Source: Eledone cirrhosa (lineage: Eukaryota). Taken from it: a DNA stretch of 64,000 bases. Both the position numbers and the translations under genes were made by a program. Of the stretch, positions 55,650-64,000 are shown piece after piece. How positions within the stretch are numbered: position 1 is the stretch's first letter; the number at the start of each line of letters is the position of its first letter. A model generated the notes under the pieces. It worked only from the letters and a program-made list of their open reading frames with translations, searched no databases and had not been told where the DNA came from. The stretch is from positions 108,562,001 through 108,626,000 of the forward strand of contig OZ024741.1 in assembly GCA_964016885.1 (NCBI GenBank), given 5' to 3'.

Positions 55650-56750
55650 AAATTAGAACGCCTAGGTTTGTTAAAAAGATTAAAAAGTTAATCCATAAAA
55701 CACATCGCATGCAGTTTTCTGGCTACAGCCAGAGAGAGAGGATGAGGTTTCCAAAGGGGCCATGACGAAATACAAAACCCTCATAGAGATGAACATGAGA
55801 GGGATTTGTCCAGTGTACAGGAGCAAATCAGGGAACAGCAGAGATAGGACTAGGAAAAGGGTTGGGAAAGCCAACTCATGGCACGACAAACAGTTATACT
55901 CAAGCGTCATGTTGGTGGGTGCAACTCCTGGAGGTGAACTCTCTAGACAATTTAAAAAGGTCCTAAGAAAAACCTGTTGGAATATTAAAGTGTTAGAAAA
56001 GCCAGGAACTACCATATAATCCCTTATCAGTAAAAGTTACACCTTTAAGGAAACCCACTGCACAAATAAGAAATATGTGGTATGTAGAGTAAGTTCACAA
56101 ATAAGTTATAAAACTAAAAACGTAGTCTATAGCACCAGAAGTACAGAGGGTGCCTGCAGAAACATGACAACGACGTAGATAGAAGAGACAGTCCGTAGCT
56201 TAGGTGAGAGTTTAGATGAATACTGGAGTGAACAAAAAGCACAAAAAGACAATTCAATACTACATGAACTCTAAAATATGATAGCAAAATATACAACACG
56301 GAAGTTAGAATAATATCTTGATGTGACTCGTAGATAAATTAGGGGTTGGGGGCTACAGAAATAGAATTAAGAAAACCTAAGCTGAACAGAAAACATGAGT
56401 GGAATAGCAACAACCATACACAAACACACGCTAGTGGTCAAAGAGAGAATATGGATATACAGAGATGCAATAACAACACCCATCCACAAACACACACTAG
56501 TGACCAAAGACCAAAGATAGAATATAAACACATAAACACACGCAGACTCAGACACAAACGTACGAGCACACACCAAACACGTGCACAAAAACATGCGCAA
56601 ATAGAGACGACCAAACAAAAAATCTTTATAGAAACACGATGGGAGGAAACACAGCGATAATCACTGAAGATGTGACAGATATGTGTGACAAAATAACTTT
56701 GACAAATTATATTCATATTTATATTTCAACTGTTGGTCAATAAATGATAA
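55650..56750 (+). mobile_element. Degenerate Penelope-like element 3' portion
   Basis: MQFSGYSQ, SVMLVGATPGGEL, IKVLEKPG, *IEETVRSLGE (decayed YIGET), LNRKHEWN; decayed ctgaagatgtgac...gtgacaaaa hammerhead-like motif near 56664-56693. Confidence 0.65.
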
Positions 56751-56879
56751 ACATTGATTGACACCTAAATTATTTTTAAAAGTATAAAACTATACTGAAG
56801 CGAAAACCAAAGCAGACTGAGAGTGTGTTTTACTATTTTGGGGTATATTAGGACAACATGACCTTCCCCAAATATAACA

Positions 56880-56972
<93 letters not shown>

Positions 56973-56977
56973 GTAGG

Positions 56978-57021
<44 letters not shown>

Positions 57022-57209
57022 AGGATTATATATATATATATATAATCATATGTTGATTTAAAACTGCACTATCCACAAGTGTTTTTTAGCCTTCATATCA
57101 TGTCCTCCTGTTTTATCTGATGAAAACACAAATATTATTGCATGATGATGTCTGTTTTTGAAATGCGCATAATAAAATACATGGAACTCCTTTAACCATC
57201 TTTTGATCT

Positions 57210-57254
<45 letters not shown>

Positions 57255-57382
57255 AAGTTATATTTAAAATTGTTGGGTTACAACTAGTAAATATTTATAA
57301 CTGATATAAAAGCACTCGACAAATATTTGGAGTATATTTACAATATTAAATAAATGGAAAACTATATTTATAAAACCATATT

Positions 57383-57447
57383 TATTTCATTATATATATT
57401 TCGGGATATCATATTAACAATATGCTATGCCTTCATCAGACAAAATA
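57383..57447 (-). ncRNA. Minimal hammerhead ribozyme (inverted 5' pLTR copy)
   Basis: Reverse-complement copy of 61108-61173 with one fewer C before GAAA. Confidence 0.65.
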
Positions 57448-57524
57448 CAATATAAACAGTTTTAGACGAAATACAATATAAACAGTTTTAGACAAAATAC
57501 AATATAAACAGTTTTAGACGAAAA
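57439..57524. repeat. Tandem 26-bp repeat x3.3 at the PLE 5' inversion junction
   Basis: gac(a/g)aaatacaatataaacagtttta at 57439, 57465 and 57491, partial at 57517. Confidence 0.95.
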
Positions 57525-59586
57525 TATCTCGGACTTAAACAAAGTTTTCAAATCTAAAAGAAATCCACCCCCTAACAAACTTTTATCTGACTTTGAAAAC
57601 GATATAATTTCTATCATACAAGGGGTCAAATTCAAGAGAAACTTTAAAGGCCAGGAATATCTGAAAGGCATTAAGGATAACATTGAGAGCTTAGAGAAAA
57701 CTGAGAAGATCTTGGTGAAATCTGACAAGACCAACAACCTCTATGGAGTGCGGAAAGACATGTATAATGGCCTCATACTGAAAGAGCTGAGGAAAAAATA
57801 CAAGGTAGCAGATAAGGCCGAACTTGAGAAAATGAATGTTGAAGCATCTTGTATAATGCATGAGTTGGAAATTGAGAACAGAACACAACCTTTCGTGCCC
57901 AGGAAACCGAAGATCAATATGAAGGACCACAAGAGGAATTTTGAGATTGACCTGCCAGTTAGATTGATCGCACCTTCAAAATCGGACCTGGGCAAATTAA
58001 GCAAAAACATTCTTGACAGGGTGATACTGCAAATTAAGAACTTGGATTGTGTATCTAACCTGAGCTTGTGGAAGGGAACTGGAGAGGTTGTTGAGTGGTT
58101 TAGGCAAATTAAATATGACAATAATAATAGGTTTATTCAACTTGATATAGCTAACTATTATTCTTCTATTACCCCTAGTCTATTAAATAAGGCACTAAAT
58201 TACGCATTCAAACATACGGACCTAACTAGCAAAGAAATGCATATTATATTATCGGCTAGGAAAACTTTGATAGAATTTGATGACAAATTATGGACCAGAG
58301 CAGATAGAGATAGCAATTTTGACATAACTATGGGATCTTCCGACTCAGCTCAGGTAACTGACCTTGTGGGCTTATTTTTAATCAATTCGCTACATAGGAA
58401 AATACCTGGTACTACCGGAGGTTTATATAGGGATGACATGCTTTTACTTATTAATAATAATAACCCTGAACTAAATAGAAAATGTAAACAAATTACAAAA
58501 TTTTTTAATTACTTTAACCTTAAAATAGAAATTGAGAACAACCATAGAATAGTCAATTTCCTAGATATAACATTAAATCTCAACACATGTCTCCACTATC
58601 CTTTTCACAAGTTGAATGAAAACTTAAACTATGTCAACTTTAACTCTAACCACCCCAGATCTGTCAAAAACACTATAGTAAACTCAGTCCAAAAACGTAT
58701 CTCTAGGATCTCGTCGAATAGAAAGATTTTTGACGAAAAGGCCCAATACTATAATGATGCACTAGCTAGGGCAGGGTATGCTGATAAGATTATGTACATA
58801 GATAATGATAAACAAACTAGACAAAGTAACAACTTTTTTAATTACGGCAACAACATTAACAACTATAATAGAAAGCATTACAATAATTCCAAAGGACAAA
58901 AAAGAAATAGAACTAGGAACATAATTTGGTTTGCCCCCCCTTTCTCACTAAACATTAAAACCCACATCGCTAAATTATTTTTCAAAGCCCTTGATAATCG
59001 CTTCCCTAGAACACATAGGTACCACTCAATCTTCAATAGGCATACAATTAAATTAACCTACTCATCCACCAAAAATTTAGCACAAAATATTAATAAAATA
59101 AATAATAGGAACTTAAAACCTACTGATAATAGCATAAATAATATACAAGTTAACAAATGTAACTGTAGAGATAGATCTAAATGTCCGTTAAATAACAACT
59201 GCTTAGTTAAAAATATAGTATACAATTGTAATGTTAATACTGACTCTAATTCTTTTAACTACGTCGGTTCCACATCGACGGAATTTAAACTTCGCTATAA
59301 TAACCACAAGAATTCTTTCACAGATCCAAATAAAAAATCTTCAACGGCACTATCAGGGGTACTCTGGCAACTTAAGCTAGATAACGTTAGATATTCGACG
59401 GCTTGGAATATAGTCTCAAGAGGGATTCCTTTTAATTCATCCTCTGAGACATGTGACCTCTGCGCAGAGGAGATATTCTTTATACTAAAATCTAAAAATT
59501 CCCTTAACCTACGGACAAATTTATTCAGTTGTTGCAAACATAGATTAAACTCAACGTTTAAATATAAATTTAAATTTAAAATGTAG
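57508..59586 (+). CDS. PLE (Naiad-like) reverse transcriptase + GIY-YIG endonuclease; uninterrupted frame lacking its N-terminus
   Basis: Frame open from 57508 (VLDENISDLNKVFKSKRNPPP). Motifs KSDKT, MGSSDSAQVTDLVG, GLYRDD, FLDITL, SNHP, IIWFAPPF, CNCRDRSKCPLNNNC, NIVY...YVGST, RYNNH, CDLC, CKH. Confidence 0.88.
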   Translation, partial: TVLDENISDLNKVFKSKRNPPPNKLLSDFENDIISIIQGVKFKRNFKGQEYLKGIKDNIESLEKTEKILVKSDKTNNLYGVRKDMYNGLILKELRKKYKVADKAELEKMNVEASCIMHELEIENRTQPFVPRKPKINMKDHKRNFEIDLPVRLIAPSKSDLGKLSKNILDRVILQIKNLDCVSNLSLWKGTGEVVEWFRQIKYDNNNRFIQLDIANYYSSITPSLLNKALNYAFKHTDLTSKEMHIILSARKTLIEFDDKLWTRADRDSNFDITMGSSDSAQVTDLVGLFLINSLHRKIPGTTGGLYRDDMLLLINNNNPELNRKCKQITKFFNYFNLKIEIENNHRIVNFLDITLNLNTCLHYPFHKLNENLNYVNFNSNHPRSVKNTIVNSVQKRISRISSNRKIFDEKAQYYNDALARAGYADKIMYIDNDKQTRQSNNFFNYGNNINNYNRKHYNNSKGQKRNRTRNIIWFAPPFSLNIKTHIAKLFFKALDNRFPRTHRYHSIFNRHTIKLTYSSTKNLAQNINKINNRNLKPTDNSINNIQVNKCNCRDRSKCPLNNNCLVKNIVYNCNVNTDSNSFNYVGSTSTEFKLRYNNHKNSFTDPNKKSSTALSGVLWQLKLDNVRYSTAWNIVSRGIPFNSSSETCDLCAEEIFFILKSKNSLNLRTNLFSCCKHRLNSTFKYKFKFKM

Positions 59587-61107
59587 TATATTTAGTTTGA
59601 TTTATATTTATATGAGAACTAGCCGATAAATCTTTTGATTCCTAAATCTTTGATTCCCTCTTTTTACTCTTTTTATTGTTTATTTTATTTTATTTATTTT
59701 TATTTTTATCTAAACATTCCTCATGAAAAATTAAGCTACCCTAAAAGCCGATGCTCCAAATTTTTGAATTAACCTTACACTTGATAAACTTATATATTAA
59801 ATATAGACACATATGTAGACATTATTGGACATCTTAATCTTTTTTGCGATATTCCTTGCTAGATGTGATTTGATAGATCATTTTTGGCTTTGTCTTGTAG
59901 TGAACTTGGCAATATATTGTCAATTAACTTTGAAGGGTTGCTCTTTGTGGTTTATTTTTATTCTTTTATTTTTTTATTTTCATTTTTATTTTTATTTTTA
60001 TTTTTATTTTTTATTTTTATTTTTATTTTTATTCTTTTAGTATTGTAGTATTCTATAATATTTTTATTTTTTATTTTATTTTATTTTTATTTTTAATATT
60101 TTTATATGTAAATTTTTATTTTTAATATTTTTATATGTAAAGTTTTAATACGTAATATTTTTAATACGTAGTATTTTTAATATGCAATATTTTTATTATG
60201 TAATATTCGTTCGTAATATTCTTTTTTGGTTTTCTATTCTATATTTTTATATATTTTTACTTATTATCATTATTATTGTTATCTTTGCTTATAATATAAT
60301 ATATATTTTCGATTAGTATATTGAAATCTGCTCTCTATTTCTGCTTGATAGATAATCTTGTAGAGTAATCGCAAGAATAATAATACGCTCAAATTTTTAT
60401 ACCACATTGAGAATGTTTTCCGGTAACTTAGAATTTGCGGAGTGAATCAGTCGGATTCACATTGATGTTTGTAACTGTCACATAGACATATGAATTTTTT
60501 TAAAAAACTAAACATAAGATAATGAATTTTCACGCATTGTGAATACTTGTTTCATTCAGGAATACTCATATTTACAATATAGTGTAAGTTTTATAAATAC
60601 TAATACATTAAAACATAGGGTTTTCTACGCCTCGAATATGTCTGGCTATTTTTAAATTTTTTCTCTCTATATATCTCTCTATATCTCTCTATATATCTCC
60701 CTTACATTAATACTTGAGCTAAATAAATAAATAAATAAATAAATAAATGCATCATTGATACACTTACTCAAAATGACCTCCCACTACCTAATTTTTCTAT
60801 ATTTATATATGTATCTATCTCTATTTCCTCTCTCTCTCTATATATATATCTCTTTCTGTCTTTTTACATGAAGCTCTTCGCTTTATCTATTTTTCCATCT
60901 CTCTATTTTGTCCCATGCATTTCTTCTTTTTCTTTTTCTTCTTTTTCTTCCTTTTCTTCGTTTTGTCTTTCTTTCTCTCTTATTTCCCTCTTTTCTCTCT
61001 CTCTTTCTTTCTCTCTGTATTTTCACTGCTAGAGTAAACCTCTTCAAATGAAGTTGATGTTTATTACGGTATGTCGAATATATTTATCTATAAAACTGTT
61101 TATATTG

Positions 61108-61173
61108 TATTTTGTCTGATGAAGGCATAGCATATTGTTAATATGATATCCCCGAAATATATATAATGAAATA
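61108..61173 (+). ncRNA. Minimal type I hammerhead ribozyme in the 3' pLTR
   Basis: Stem I tattttgt/atgaaata; CTGATGA at 61116-61122; stem II containing catatt-gtt-aatatg; GAAA at 61154-61157; 2-bp stem III with palindromic atat loop; AUA triplet with predicted cut after 61165; AATAAA follows. Confidence 0.72.
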
Positions 61174-61367
61174 AATATGGTTTTATAAATATAGTTTTCC
61201 ATTTATTTAATATTGTATATATATATATATATATTTGTATGTGTGTGTGTAGGTGCATATACTTACATACATCCATGCATGCATACATACATACAAACAT
61301 ACATATATTCTTACATTCATACATATATGCATACATACATACATACATACATACATACATACATACA

Positions 61368-61398
<31 letters not shown>

Positions 61399-61664
61399 GC
61401 ATGTTATACATATATACATATATATGTGTGTGTGTGTATGTGTGTATGCATACTTCTGAATTTCTAATTAACTCCTAATTCGTCCGCTAAAATAGTTAGC
61501 TATAAAGAAAGATAAGTAGATCCAAATATAAATGTCACAGTGCCCTACCACATTTATATTTAACAACTTAAGTAGACATTTTATTTCTAATTTAAACCAG
61601 CTAAGCAATGTATTTCCATAATTTCATTAACTTTGTTAAGGTTTTTAAACAAGGTTTTTAAACA

Positions 61665-61667
<3 letters not shown>

Positions 61668-61725
<58 letters not shown>

Positions 61726-61754
61726 CGATGATGATCATGATGATGATGATGATG
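61668..61754. repeat. (GAT)n microsatellite
   Basis: Direct sequence. Confidence 0.95.
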
Positions 61755-62863
61755 GGGAGTTCTCATTTAGTCGCAAGAGCCTAAATCTTAGGGACAATGG
61801 ACGGACGAAAAGCCAGCAAAATCAACACTGCACGGGGTTTACATCAAGCAAAGTGGAAGGGACATTAACATAGAGAAATCAGCAGAAAATTCAATAAAAA
61901 TAATTGTAACAAATAGTAATTACAACAATAGAAAGTGATAACAATGCTCGGTAAGGGAAAACTGATGGTGTAATTCCAGATAAAAGCCCCCGAACGATCC
62001 TAATTACTCTGATATATCAAAGGCATTGAAAGATCTCTTTCTCGATTTCGTACCACGTGTTAAGAAAAGCATTACTTGTTTGGCCTTGTTAATCTCACCG
62101 CTCGCCCACATCTTTCATAAAACACGCCAGAGGACGGTACGTTGCCACCTATAATCACATTTCTCTTCAGGACGTTATCGCAAAACTTTGAAATTTTCGA
62201 ACCATACATCTTCTTTGCTGAACGCTACCAGAGGTTTAACGAGCTTTACTTCTAAGGGAAGCTGACGGTTCAATATGCATTTATAAATTTGGTTGATTAG
62301 ACACAAATATTGACAAATTTGACCCTTATTCAGTTGAGTCCTCATTATACTCAGTCAGTCTTTACTCCCAATTACAGCACGGCACATCAAGACATACATT
62401 CATCGTGATATAATTCTCTTATACATCCTCCATCTCAGTTCTTGGACATTCCTTATGCTCATAAAAATAATTCATTCGAGCTAATCATCAATCTAAATAA
62501 ATGCTCACGACTTTCACCTGTGTATTTATGAACCGAAGTAAGAAATCAATATCAACTTTGAATAGATTGCAGCTAAATAGGAAGAGAAATATTGATTAAT
62601 ATCAATATATCCGTATATATTGTTACTGTAAGTAGCCACCGTGCATAGCAAGCAGGTTTGGAAATATTTAGATAATAAATATGCCGTCTGTAGAGAAATA
62701 TCGTCATGATGTGACTACTTTGCGACGAAGCTTAACAGGAAGAAATATGATGAATAAGGACAAAAGGAAATTAATAAATTATAGAAATATCATAGATAAG
62801 AAATTGTATCTAAGTAAATATGTATGTATGTTTATTTTTTCTATATATATATAGATATATATT

Positions 62864-62961
<98 letters not shown>

Positions 62962-63689
62962 GCTCCGATCTGTACTGTGCTCAAATCTATTCGTAAGGCA
63001 CCTATTGTCATCTGTCGTAAAGTTCATTTTCCTTAGAATAACAGATTTTAAATGTTATTTATATATTGCATAACATAATTTTAAAGATTTATTTAGAATA
63101 TCTTAATACAGAAAATAATGATCAAAATAAGAAAAAAATGGATTCTACCAAAATTATAAAACATTTACACAACTTCAATATATACAATATTTTAAGCGTC
63201 GATAGATTTATAGGTCTGGCTACTTCCAGGGATCATTTTTGAGAAATTTTCTTGATGGCATTCACTGTGATATTTTTGTGGCAAGGATTGCTCTTCTGCA
63301 TAATCACTCCTCATTGGAATGGTGAATTTGGAATCGATTAATTAATAGGGATCGATTAATTAATTAATCTTACAATGCTTTCAACAACAGTACAACATGA
63401 TGATTGTTCAACACATCTTTTGGTATAAATGGATTTCTTTTCTATAAATTTTAATGGCTGAGAGGTGCTTATCTCTAACTCAGTGTGTCCGCTACCATTT
63501 CCACCTCTGTTATTCGCACTGAAGAAATCTCTGCGGCTGGGAAAATCTGAGTGTTACCCCCTCCATTCCGTTTTCGGAAAAGAAGGGGACGCACAATAGA
63601 GAAAGAAAATAATACAAAACGCATAAAACAGTTTCTGAGAAGCATGGTGACTGTGCTCTTCTTCAATTCAAGGTTTGTGGAAGCACACA

Positions 63690-64000
63690 GGACAGTTCCA
63701 ATATATACAATGTTTTTAACGTTTTACTTTGGAGCATATATGAACAGTTTGTGGGTCTTTATTCTCAGGAATAACATAAAAGTATTCAGCATATGAAAAA
63801 CAGCCCTCTTCTAAATGGAGACCGACATCCTTGGGACTTGTTAATGGTCATTGTGTAAATGATTCTCACTAGGAATTGTAATCATTTGAAACAAAAGGGC
63901 CACATTCTAAGGATAAATGCCATGTCTTTCTTACCATATCCAGTGAAGATTTTACCTTCGATAATGTGAGGTTGTAGTTCAGTCATGTCAGTACGCTTCC
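63690..64000 (-). mobile_element. Helitron RepHel (Pif1-like helicase) C-terminal remnant, runs off the window
   Basis: Minus-strand translation PHIIEGKIFTG...PFCFK*LQFLVRIIYTMTINKSQG...KNIVY matches the Helitron helicase end (FKRLQFPVRLxFAMTINKSQG; KNIVY). Confidence 0.8.

Larger units (their letters stand above)
57260..61217 (+). mobile_element. Naiad-type Penelope-like element, 5'-truncated, with inverted 5' pLTR and 3' pLTR
   Basis: Single long RT + GIY-YIG ORF; 57339-57464 is a near-perfect reverse complement of 61091-61217; TA arrays on both sides. Confidence 0.85.

Noticed and set aside
57508-59586. Selenoprotein-encoding Naiad (in-frame UGA plus SECIS)
   Set aside because: Some Naiads encode Sec, but this frame has no in-frame TGA in the part present, its Cys motifs use Cys codons, and it ends in TAG.
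63475-63796. ORFs 63551-63796 (+) and 63475-63666 (-)
   Set aside because: No recognisable product; they overlap or adjoin the minus-strand Helitron remnant.

Overview
Repeat-rich, AT-rich eukaryotic (animal) genomic DNA. The dense (TA)n/(CA)n/(TACA)n microsatellites and the tRNA-derived SINE family look like an Octopus-type cephalopod genome, but this is inference. One host gene is supported: the 3' part of a Polycomb/CBX-type gene on the + strand, with a ~2-kb terminal exon (18701-20707) ending in a Pc/C-box and a candidate 55-nt upstream exon (4647-4701). The chromodomain exons are not visible and probably lie upstream of the window. The rest is mostly transposable elements: an L1/Tx1 LINE, a Neptune-type Penelope-like element (PLE), a nearly intact Naiad-type PLE with an inverted pseudo-LTR (pLTR) and minimal hammerhead ribozymes, R4/Dong, RTE, CRE-like and Helitron remnants, and many SINEs. 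Several short foldback hairpins sit beside TA arrays. Most ORFs in the supplied track are microsatellite artefacts. No prokaryotic systems, CRISPR arrays, rRNA or genuine tRNA genes were seen. All family calls come from motif recognition by eye, not database searches.
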